From the NCBI GenBank assembly GCA_944383355.1, contig CALWPF010000002.1:1550-65549 (forward strand): a DNA stretch of 64,000 bases, written 5' to 3'. Position 1 is the first letter of the stretch; every line of letters begins with the position of its first letter. The DNA comes from an uncultured Clostridia bacterium. Lineage in GTDB: Bacteria > Bacillota > Clostridia > Christensenellales > UBA1242. The position numbers and the translations under genes are program-made. Below are positions 38,000 through 46,910 of this stretch, one piece after another. Below the pieces are notes generated by a model. That model did no database searches. It was not told where the DNA came from and saw only the letters and a list, made by a program, of their open reading frames with translations.

Positions 38000-38731
38000 T
38001 CAACTCCTAACATCATAATCATCTACTATTTTATTGAGGTCTATAATATCAGCAACTGTCAGTATACTGATAGGGCGCTCCAAAAAATTACCTTTTTTGG
38101 TTATTACAATTGCCAACATTTTACGATTATTATAAAAGATATCCAACGCCTCTTGGACAGTTAAACGCTCACCTCTGATTGTAAATGTCTTGTCTATATC
38201 TTGACTGCTAATAGCATCAATTACTGGAGTACTAGCACAGTACTCATCTATATTTTTACCTTGTTTTATAATATCTCCCAAAACATCTACAATTCTACTT
38301 GAATGAATAATACTAACTAATCTATCATCTTGATAAATAGGTATAGTCTTAAACCCAGTAGATGCGACAAGCTCTATAGCCTTTTTTAATGGCGTATTGC
38401 CATCTAAAACAAAAACTTCCTTACGAGGTATAGATTGTAGCACTGTAGGTGGGCTAGAAACTAATTGTGCTATATGCTCAATATCTGCCACCACATCATC
38501 ATGAGGCTCTGCAATAATCATCTCCTCTGTGCTGTTATGTATAATAGCATTCCTCAACCGAGCATAATCGATCAATTTATCCTCATAACGCCTAACTACG
38601 CTATTGAGAGGAACAGAACGTCTAATCATATCAGCAAAACTGATATTACGCCTAAAATTATAAATAGATCTAAGGCTCTGATCTATAGAATTGTAAGCAT
38701 TAATAAATCGTACCGCATTTGTCTCTGCCAA
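38000..38731 (-). CDS. CBS-pair protein with an N-terminal HEPN-like (RNxxxH) helical domain
   Basis: The ORF opens at 38791 (TTG, no RBS). GGAGG (38743-38739) is 7 nt before the TTG at 38731 (M-AETNAVRF...). The N-terminal ~95 aa are helical with ARLRNAIIH (38554-38537). Two CBS motifs follow (VFVLDGNTPLKKAIELVASTGFKTIPIYQDDRLVSIIHSSRIVD; LTVQEALDIFYNNRKMLAIVITKKGNFLERPISILTVADII). Confidence 0.65.
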   Translation of the reverse strand: MAETNAVRFINAYNSIDQSLRSIYNFRRNISFADMIRRSVPLNSVVRRYEDKLIDYARLRNAIIHNSTEEMIIAEPHDDVVADIEHIAQLVSSPPTVLQSIPRKEVFVLDGNTPLKKAIELVASTGFKTIPIYQDDRLVSIIHSSRIVDVLGDIIKQGKNIDEYCASTPVIDAISSQDIDKTFTIRGERLTVQEALDIFYNNRKMLAIVITKKGNFLERPISILTVADIIDLNKIVDDYDVRS

Positions 38732-38908
38732 CGCTATACCTCCACAAATCAATATGTAGATTAGTTTATCATATTTAGTAGATAAAAACAATTACTTTAT
38801 AACATTTTTCAACTATATTTTTATTTCTCGCCCCCAATTATTAAAAGCGACTACTACGCTACACTAAATAAAATTGAACCAAAAATGAAAGAAATTTTAA
38901 TAAAAAGG

Positions 38909-38937
38909 TTGCATTATCAATCAATTTACAATATAAT
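38909..38937 (+). promoter_or_regulatory. Sigma-A promoter of the SRP RNA gene
   Basis: TTGCAT (38909-38914), 17 nt, then TATAAT (38932-38937). It lies 7 nt upstream of the predicted RNA 5' end. Confidence 0.6.
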
Positions 38938-38944
38938 TAGTTTA

Positions 38945-39212
38945 CTGTGCTAGACGGGGAGCTAGCGGTGCCCTATACCCGCAATCCGCTTTAGCGGGGT
39001 TGAATACTATCCTCGGGTAGTAAGAGCTTTTGTGCTCGTGGCAATTGTATGATGTTGAACGATAAGGTCTTATGCAATATTATACCTTGAACCGTGTCAG
39101 GATTGGAAAATAGCAGCACTAAGAGGACCATAGTATGTGCCATAAGGTAGCCTTGCGGGAGTTGTATGATTGTTTACGGCCATTAGTTCCCTACACAAAG
39201 ATAGTTGCACAG
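38945..39212 (+). ncRNA. ffs: Signal recognition particle RNA, long Bacillus type with Alu domain (scRNA)
   Basis: The 5' part gctagcggtgccctatacccgcaatccgctttagcggggttgaat closely matches my recollection of B. subtilis scRNA (GGUAGCGGUGCCCUGUACCUGCAAUCCGCUCUAGCAGGGCCGAAU). The domain IV core gtcaggattggaaaatagcagca matches GUCAGGUCCGGAAGGAAGCAGCA. The termini pair (ctgtgc 38945-38950 with gcacag 39207-39212). The region is non-coding and has its own promoter and terminator. Confidence 0.85.
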
Positions 39213-39256
39213 TGTTGTGATAATTATTCCAAATATTGGGTTTTATATATAAAATT

Positions 39257-39290
39257 AAAGATGGCAGCAATTTGCCATCTTTTGGTTTAA
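39257..39290. terminator. Bidirectional terminator (SRP RNA / DUF1540 gene)
   Basis: aaagatggca (39257-39266) pairs with tgccatcttt (39273-39282). It is followed by TTTTGGTTT on the + strand and a T-rich run on the - strand. Confidence 0.65.
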
Positions 39291-39299
39291 TATCACAAT

Positions 39300-39611
39300 T
39301 TACTCATTATAGATAAATGTAGCGCATGCACCATCTTCCCCCTCATCAATCACCGTTATACCGTTTGCCTGACATTTTTGCTCTTTATTAAAGAGACATT
39401 GAGTACAAGCGCACTCCAAATGCTTGTTTTTAATATGTTGCGAATTGGCATACTCTGGTGCAACCTCAAACATTTCTCTTGATTTATCTTCACCTGCCCC
39501 GCCCTTACAAAAAGTGTCGCATGTAGATTTTTTATCAATAAAGACTTTGTTTGCTGCACAATTGTACGCTTGATTGTATATACAAGAAGTTTTCCTACAC
39601 TTTACATCCAT
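39300..39611 (-). CDS. DUF1540-type cysteine-rich protein
   Basis: 103 aa with two copies of the pattern C-x3-C-x-Y/F-N ... C-x-A ... C-x-T-F (VKCRKTSCIYNQAYNCAANKVFID...CDTFC and LECACTQCLFNKEQKCQANGITV...CATF). This is typical of the Firmicutes DUF1540 family. Confidence 0.65.
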   Translation of the reverse strand: MDVKCRKTSCIYNQAYNCAANKVFIDKKSTCDTFCKGGAGEDKSREMFEVAPEYANSQHIKNKHLECACTQCLFNKEQKCQANGITVIDEGEDGACATFIYNE

Positions 39612-39701
39612 ATGATATCTCCCCTTTTTTGTAATTGTTCCCCCTAAAAAGAGAATTATTCAAGAACGATACAACAAATAAAGATTTAACAACTATAACA
39701 T

Positions 39702-39730
39702 TTGACTAAAATCATTTTTTGTTTTATAAT
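39702..39730 (+). promoter_or_regulatory. Sigma-A promoter of rplI
   Basis: TTGACT (39702-39707), 17 nt, then TATAAT (39725-39730). AGGAGA RBS upstream of the ATG at 39758. Confidence 0.6.
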
Positions 39731-39757
39731 TGAGAATAAATATTAGGAGACTTAATT

Positions 39758-40198
39758 ATGCAAGTAATATTATTGGCAGATGTAAAAGGCACTGGTAAAA
39801 AAGGCGATCTAGTTAATGTCGCAGATGGTTTTGGTCGTAATTTTTTATTAAAAAAGGGCTTAGCTCAAGTGGCTAATAGTACTAATTTAAACATTAACAA
39901 ACAGGCAAAGCAAGCCCAAGAATTTCACAAGCAAGAGGAGCGCAAAGCATTTGCTGAACAAGCAAAGATATTAAAAGGTAAAAAAGTTGTACTAAAAGTA
40001 AAAGTCGGTGAAAATGGTAAATTATTCGGGGCAGTAACATCGCAAGAGATAGTTAATGAATTAACTAAAATAGGCATAGACATAGAAAAGAAGAAATTAG
40101 ATACTCCAGTTATAAAAATGATAGGCAGTTATCAAATAAAAGCTCGTTTTTGTGAAGGAATTAGTGCCGATTTTATGGTACAGGTTGAGCCAGAATAA
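39758..40198 (+). CDS. rplI: 50S ribosomal protein L9
   Basis: 146 aa. [36 protein letters not shown] is the conserved L9 N-terminal domain. Confidence 0.95.
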   Translation: MQVILLADVKGTGKKGDLVNVADGFGRNFLLKKGLAQVANSTNLNINKQAKQAQEFHKQEERKAFAEQAKILKGKKVVLKVKVGENGKLFGAVTSQEIVNELTKIGIDIEKKKLDTPVIKMIGSYQIKARFCEGISADFMVQVEPE

Positions 40199-40233
40199 GA
40201 AGACAGCGAATGTTCGCTGTCTTCTTTATTTGG
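40198..40233 (+). terminator. Rho-independent terminator of rplI
   Basis: gaagacagcgaa, loop tgt, then ttcgctgtcttc, followed by TTTATTT. It starts within the stop codon. Confidence 0.7.
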
Positions 40234-40281
40234 TTTAATAATAAAAGCAACAAAAGATTAACACTGTCCTCATTTACATTA

Positions 40282-40620
40282 TTAAATTAAGATAATAGTT
40301 ATACCTGGATTTGCCGAGAATAACTCAACATCTCCCATCACCTCAGGACAAATGGATTTAACCTTTTGTGCGATATTTGATGTCAACCATGCCTCACCCG
40401 ACACATAATCTTTAATAAAATGCGAGCGTTTTTTTAGTTTGAGCCACACAGACAGAGCCTTCTTGATTTCTCCACCTACACCATGGGAACCATACCCGTG
40501 TATCACCTTTAAAACCAAAATCCCTTCTTGTTTACATGCTTCGATCTCAATTTCCAATAGCGCCTCAGCAACGGCAACAGTAGGCATATTATCTTTTAAA
40601 TTCAATGTCTTGTAGTACAT
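40282..40620 (-). CDS. Smr-domain protein
   Basis: 112 aa. LNLKDNMPTVAVAEALLEIEIEACKQEGILVLKVIHGYGSHG resembles the Smr pattern (LDLHG ... eA ... v.iIHGkG). Confidence 0.5.
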   Translation of the reverse strand: MYYKTLNLKDNMPTVAVAEALLEIEIEACKQEGILVLKVIHGYGSHGVGGEIKKALSVWLKLKKRSHFIKDYVSGEAWLTSNIAQKVKSICPEVMGDVELFSANPGITIILI

Positions 40621-40631
40621 AATTTACCTTA

Positions 40632-41573
40632 CTATTTTTTACCACCAAAGCCAGCGCTACCTAGTACATTGGTCATTTTGTCGATCAACATTTCTTTTAA
40701 TTGTATCTTTGCATACTGCAAATATTCTCTAGGAGTAAAACACTCAGGGTGCTCTATTAAATAACGACGTATACTAGCAGTATACTTTAGACGTATGTCG
40801 GTATCACAATTTATCTTACAAACTGCAGTCTTGCAAGCCTGCTTTAATAGCTCTGGAGGGACGCCACGAGCACCTTCCATTTTGCCACCCCAACGATTAA
40901 AATCGCTCAAAACATCTGGTGGAACACTACTCGCACCATGTAAAACTATAGGTAAGCCAGGCAATCTCTTTTCTATTTCGGACAAAATGTCAAAACGCAA
41001 AGTTGGTTCTGACTTGAACTTGTAGGCTCCATGGCTAGTACCTATAGCTACAGCAAGACTATCAACCCCAGTTTTGCTAACAAACTCAGCAGCTTGGTCT
41101 GGATCGGTAAATAAAATTTTGTCGCCGACCACATCATCTTCTATTCCAGCCAAGGCTCCCAACTCTCCCTCTACCACAACACCATGATCATGGGCAAAAT
41201 CTACAACTTTTTTTGTAATATCTATATTTTGCTCATAAGGCAGATAACTACCATCTATCATTACAGAGTTAAAACCTGCTTTAATGCATCTCTTTATTAA
41301 CTCATAGTCTTTACCATGATCCAAATGCAAAGCAATAGGCACATGAGTATTCGCTAATACAGAGTGCATAACATCACCTATGTATTCTGGCTCTGTAAAC
41401 TTGACCCCACTCTGACTCATCGCTATTATTACAGGAGAATTGCTTTCTTCTGCTGCATCAACTATTGCCCTCATGACCTCTATACTACTAAAATTGAATG
41501 CCCCCACGGCATAACCGCCTACCAATGCATCATCTAACATTTTACGCTCATTATACAATTTCTTTGCCATCAA
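40632..41573 (-). CDS. fba: Class II fructose-1,6-bisphosphate aldolase (FBA/tagatose-bisphosphate aldolase family)
   Basis: 313 aa with YAVGAFNFSSIEVMRAIVDAAEESNSPVIIAMSQ, LHLDHGKD, EGELG, GTSHGAYKF and PIVLHGASS. Confidence 0.9.
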   Translation of the reverse strand: MMAKKLYNERKMLDDALVGGYAVGAFNFSSIEVMRAIVDAAEESNSPVIIAMSQSGVKFTEPEYIGDVMHSVLANTHVPIALHLDHGKDYELIKRCIKAGFNSVMIDGSYLPYEQNIDITKKVVDFAHDHGVVVEGELGALAGIEDDVVGDKILFTDPDQAAEFVSKTGVDSLAVAIGTSHGAYKFKSEPTLRFDILSEIEKRLPGLPIVLHGASSVPPDVLSDFNRWGGKMEGARGVPPELLKQACKTAVCKINCDTDIRLKYTASIRRYLIEHPECFTPREYLQYAKIQLKEMLIDKMTNVLGSAGFGGKK

Positions 41574-41737
41574 ATCACCTCACAAATACTATTTTAGCAT
41601 AACAAATTAATCTATTTTTAGCAAATATTTTTTATATTTTATTCTAATTTATTTGAGTTTTTTGGAATTTAATTATATAATTTGAATTATTAGACATAAC
41701 TAATTACAAAAGTTGAGAAACAACAAAAGAGGTGAAA

Positions 41738-42832
41738 ATGTTACCATTATCAGTCGTAATAATTGCCAACAAAGTAGTTGAAGATACCTACGAGAGACAT
41801 ACTTTCCTCGTAAATCTTCTCAATCAATACAAATTAAATTACAATGTTATCTATGTTTGTACAACTGATTATGCTGACAAAGAAAACATTGCCAGTATCG
41901 TAGCGAACACACCAGATCACAGCCTAATCGTTACTGAGGAAGAAACTAATTTAAATTCTATGATATATGCCGGTATTACAAAAGCTGACGGCAATGATGT
42001 TTTGTTGATGACTACTGACACAAATGAGAATGTTATATCCGAGATACTTGCAAAACGCAAAGAAGGATATGAAAATGTATACGTGAGAAAAAGACAAAAT
42101 CAATTTGTCTCTATATTTACAAGCACCGGTATGGGTACATATCATTTAGGACAGTTGCTAATGGGAAGAGAACTAGACATATGCAATGATGCAAATGTAA
42201 TGCTGATAGATGCAAAAAATGTAGATACTATTGCCCATGATCCTGAATTGTCCAAGGTATTGCGCATCACAAATCAATCCTATGAAAAAAAGTATACCAC
42301 TATAAAGCCAGAAATAGTACATGACCAACCAACATTAAATGAGCAAAAACCATTCAATTCTTTGCTTTCACTAGGTGTTGCGTCAATAGCTTATTATATT
42401 GCACTGTTTTTTATGGCCTGCATATTCCCAATCTTTAACAATGGTATATATAGTTGGTGGATAGTATGTGCAATTATTATTTGGTTAGCTCTTGGTTTAT
42501 TATCATCTGCAATAATCGCCCGTAACTACAACAGATCTAGAATGGGCGATAGCGTACCACTAGATATAAACAACGATCCGATAGTAAAAATAACTAGTGT
42601 AATCGAATATGGAGATGCCATATACAAAAACTCAGTTAATAGCAATAACTCTTCAAACGAGGCAAGCAGGAGAGAAAAACAAGTCGATAAATCCACAAAT
42701 GAACATCAATCAAAGAAACGAGGAAGACCTAAAAAAGTATCCTCTACAGCCTCAAAAGAGATCACATCGACAGCAAAAACAACTAAACCTAGAGGAAGAC
42801 CTAAGGGTTCAAAAAATAAAGTAAAGGAGTAA
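41738..42832 (+). CDS. GT2-like (GtrB/DPM1-architecture) membrane protein with a C-terminal twin AT-hook tail
   Basis: AGAGGTG is 5 nt before the ATG at 41738 (the ORF opens at GTG 41732). The N-terminal LSVVIIANKV ... VIYVCTTDYADKE ... AGITKADGNDVLLMTTDTN follows the GT2 fold layout, with degenerate DxD positions. Two TM helices are present (LLSLGVASIAYYIALFFMACIFPIF; IYSWWIVCAIIIWLALGLLSSAIIA). The tail ends KKRGRPKKVSS...TKPRGRPKGSKNKVKE. Confidence 0.6.
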   Translation: MLPLSVVIIANKVVEDTYERHTFLVNLLNQYKLNYNVIYVCTTDYADKENIASIVANTPDHSLIVTEEETNLNSMIYAGITKADGNDVLLMTTDTNENVISEILAKRKEGYENVYVRKRQNQFVSIFTSTGMGTYHLGQLLMGRELDICNDANVMLIDAKNVDTIAHDPELSKVLRITNQSYEKKYTTIKPEIVHDQPTLNEQKPFNSLLSLGVASIAYYIALFFMACIFPIFNNGIYSWWIVCAIIIWLALGLLSSAIIARNYNRSRMGDSVPLDINNDPIVKITSVIEYGDAIYKNSVNSNNSSNEASRREKQVDKSTNEHQSKKRGRPKKVSSTASKEITSTAKTTKPRGRPKGSKNKVKE

Positions 42833-43849
<1,017 letters not shown>

Positions 43850-44009
43850 TAACTTGTAAAATAGGTAGAGAAACTGCTCTATTTATTTTTTATTATAATT
43901 TGTATAGACAAATTATGACAAACACATTAATTTATTTGATTTTGCGCAAAATAAAAGATATACTGAAACAGATTAGAGAAAATATTTTTTGAATAATGGG
44001 GGAAAACAA

Positions 44010-46706
44010 ATGAAATCAAAATCTATCACCATAATTGCTTTGGCGATATTCTTACCTGTGCTAATGCTTATTGCTCTACTTGTTACCATTCCCTCAATAA
44101 ACAAAGAATCAGCAGTAAACGCACTCAGTCTATCTGATGCGCAAAGTGATTGGTATAGCTCCAGTGCCACAGAATTGTATATACAAGACAAATACGATTT
44201 TTTGTATTTATTTACAAGACCAAGCTCTATAACATTTAGTGGTCAAACAATATACATAATGAATGATATAAGTTTGGACAATATTACACTATCCTCTGGT
44301 ATACCCGCAATTAGCGGTGCGACCATAGTGGGCAACAATCATACGATATCCGGTTATACAATATCTGTATCATCATACGATGAAAATAATTATGAAACTG
44401 GACTGTTCAATTCTTTAACAAACTGTACAATAAGAAATATAACCTCAAGTGGAACAATAAATATAAGTTACACATATAGCGTTGCAGAAGATAGAGCCTA
44501 TGTTACTTGTGGCGGTCTGGTCGGATACTCCAGTGGTACAACATTTAAGAAATGTACAAATAATGGTAATATAACAGCAACATGTTATACAAATGCATTT
44601 GAATGTGAATTGTATTATTTTAACGTAGCAGGTATTTGCGGTGAAGCAACTTCGTCCACATTTACTAGTTGTATAAATAATGGTGATATCACTACTCACG
44701 CGGAAACAAGATACAACTCCGATAGAAGTTCAGTCAATAATAACACTGCAGGCATAATTGCCAGCGGAAGAAACGAACTAACCGATTGCATAAACTACGG
44801 TGATATTGATGCATATGCAAAGAGCGTTGGAGAAGATGGTGCAGATGCTTATGCTGCGGGTATTTCTGCAAATGGTGCTACACAAATTAATTACTGTAAA
44901 AATTACGGTACAATTACGGCAGAAACCTATTCTTCAGATTCAAATTCCATCTACGCAAGCGGCATAACGACATATTCAGCGACTAATGGACATTTTTATT
45001 GCGTTAACTATGGCATAGTGTCAGCAACTGGAAGAAGTACATCAAAATACACCAGGGTTTACTCTTCTGGAATAGCTGCTTATGTCGGTTACGGTAAAAT
45101 TAATTTTAATTATTGCGCAAACTATGGCAATATATCAGGGTCTGGTACCGGAGTGAATGGTACAGGAAACGGCAACAAAACTGCAAGTGTAAATGTAGCA
45201 GGCATATGCGCTTTGGCTAACTCCGTTAATCAGTATTCTAATTACGCAAAAAACTTAGCGAACTACGGAGCTTTATCAGCGAGTTCAAGCACTAGTAGTG
45301 GCGCAAGTGTCTGCGGTATAGCTTTTGTGAGTATCCAATCTGCAAATTTAGATGTGGTAAACTGCATTTGTTATCGATCATCTGGGAGCACATACCCAAT
45401 GTTTGACACTGATTATCTAGACCCTGATGTTGAAAACTGTTATTATTATAACATTCGTAGTGATGGCTACTCCACCTCTCAAAGTAAATCCTACTGGACC
45501 AATGGTACTGTATTGGGTAAATTGCAAAACACTGATGATACAGATAATCTATGGTACCAAGGTAGTAACTACCCAGAAATGAATATCCAATACACGCCTA
45601 CTTATACAATAACAGCTTTGTCAGCGGACAACACTAGAGGCACTGTAAGTGGTGGCGGAGACGTCACCGAAGGTAATACCACAACGCTCAACGCCACAGC
45701 ATTGAGCGGATATACATTTGCTGGATGGAAACGCAATAATGAAAGTAATTATTGTAGTACTAGCGCTAGATACACCTTCACTGTTACTGAAGATGCCACA
45801 TACACTGCTTATTTTGACCCCGAGATATACACTATCAGTGTTGTTCAAGATATGCCTGCTGCTGGCACCGTATCTGGAGCTGGCGAATATGGGTATATGG
45901 CACTTTGTGAATTATCTACCACTCTTAATCCTGGATACAATTTCTTAGGCTGGTATTCCAACACTACTCTACTTAGTAGCAATACTTCGTATTCTTTTAC
46001 TGTAAATAGTTCGCTCAATATAACAGCAAAATATGAACGCATAGCATTTGATATAAATGCTTCTAGCAACATTAGTGACCAAGCAGTATCTGGTGCGGGA
46101 GAATACTACTATGGAGAACAAGTAGTGCTAACCGCCTCAGACGTCGACAATAGATTTGAATTTGTAGAATGGCAAGTCAATGGGACACAAGTCTCAACTG
46201 AACGCAATTACACCTTTATTGTTGATAGTAATGTATCACCAGTAGCAATTTTTAAATTTAAATATGCAAGTATGGATATATCACATGTCGCTGATTTATT
46301 TTGGTTAGCAGAGAGAGTAAATGCTGGATACGACTTTGCAAATATAGTTTTTACATTGACAGAAGATCTAGATATTAGTCTAGTAAAAGATACTAACTGG
46401 CAAAGCATAGGAAACGCAAATAATACATTTGCTGGCATATTTAATGCTCAAAATTACACCATAAACTATAGCGCAACAACCGCTAATAATGCGCATGGAA
46501 ACAACATAATATTATTTGTAAACCCAACTGGTAAAATTATCAACGCTATAGTAAGCGGCAATATAACTTTGGCAACTGACTCAACAGGCAACATTCTATA
46601 CCCTACTACAAGCGGACCAATTATCAATGATGATGTATTATATAATAACGAGCAGGACATTATAATAGATGATACCGAAGATCTATTTAATAAAGGCGGT
46701 AGATAA
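44010..46706 (+). CDS. Large surface protein: parallel beta-helix repeats, three B-repeat-like units, C-terminal cap-like module
   Basis: GGGGGA RBS before the ATG at 44010 (MKSKSITIIALAIFLPVLMLIALLV, a signal anchor). About 8 repeats of C-x-N-x-G-x-I paired with (A/S)GI turns (CTNNGNITA, CINNGDITT, CINYGDIDA, CKNYGTITA, CVNYGIVSA, CANYGNISG). Then YTFAGWK, YNFLGWY and FEFVEWQ units. The last 147 aa are homologous to the C-terminus of ORF 11166-15206. Confidence 0.85.
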   Translation: MKSKSITIIALAIFLPVLMLIALLVTIPSINKESAVNALSLSDAQSDWYSSSATELYIQDKYDFLYLFTRPSSITFSGQTIYIMNDISLDNITLSSGIPAISGATIVGNNHTISGYTISVSSYDENNYETGLFNSLTNCTIRNITSSGTINISYTYSVAEDRAYVTCGGLVGYSSGTTFKKCTNNGNITATCYTNAFECELYYFNVAGICGEATSSTFTSCINNGDITTHAETRYNSDRSSVNNNTAGIIASGRNELTDCINYGDIDAYAKSVGEDGADAYAAGISANGATQINYCKNYGTITAETYSSDSNSIYASGITTYSATNGHFYCVNYGIVSATGRSTSKYTRVYSSGIAAYVGYGKINFNYCANYGNISGSGTGVNGTGNGNKTASVNVAGICALANSVNQYSNYAKNLANYGALSASSSTSSGASVCGIAFVSIQSANLDVVNCICYRSSGSTYPMFDTDYLDPDVENCYYYNIRSDGYSTSQSKSYWTNGTVLGKLQNTDDTDNLWYQGSNYPEMNIQYTPTYTITALSADNTRGTVSGGGDVTEGNTTTLNATALSGYTFAGWKRNNESNYCSTSARYTFTVTEDATYTAYFDPEIYTISVVQDMPAAGTVSGAGEYGYMALCELSTTLNPGYNFLGWYSNTTLLSSNTSYSFTVNSSLNITAKYERIAFDINASSNISDQAVSGAGEYYYGEQVVLTASDVDNRFEFVEWQVNGTQVSTERNYTFIVDSNVSPVAIFKFKYASMDISHVADLFWLAERVNAGYDFANIVFTLTEDLDISLVKDTNWQSIGNANNTFAGIFNAQNYTINYSATTANNAHGNNIILFVNPTGKIINAIVSGNITLATDSTGNILYPTTSGPIINDDVLYNNEQDIIIDDTEDLFNKGGR

Positions 46707-46910
46707 GATAACTTTTATTTTGCCAATATTTTACTAGGAGAGAGATTAAAAGTAAATAGACATTCCCCCTTGTATAATTATAAAATAAACTAATCAAATC
46801 CTAGCTTGGACATTTGCTCAGAATTTATCAAAAAATGCTTGCTATGATAAAACGATATATAGTATTATGTTCCATATGTGAATATTAAGGAATCAAATGG
46901 GAGAAACAAA

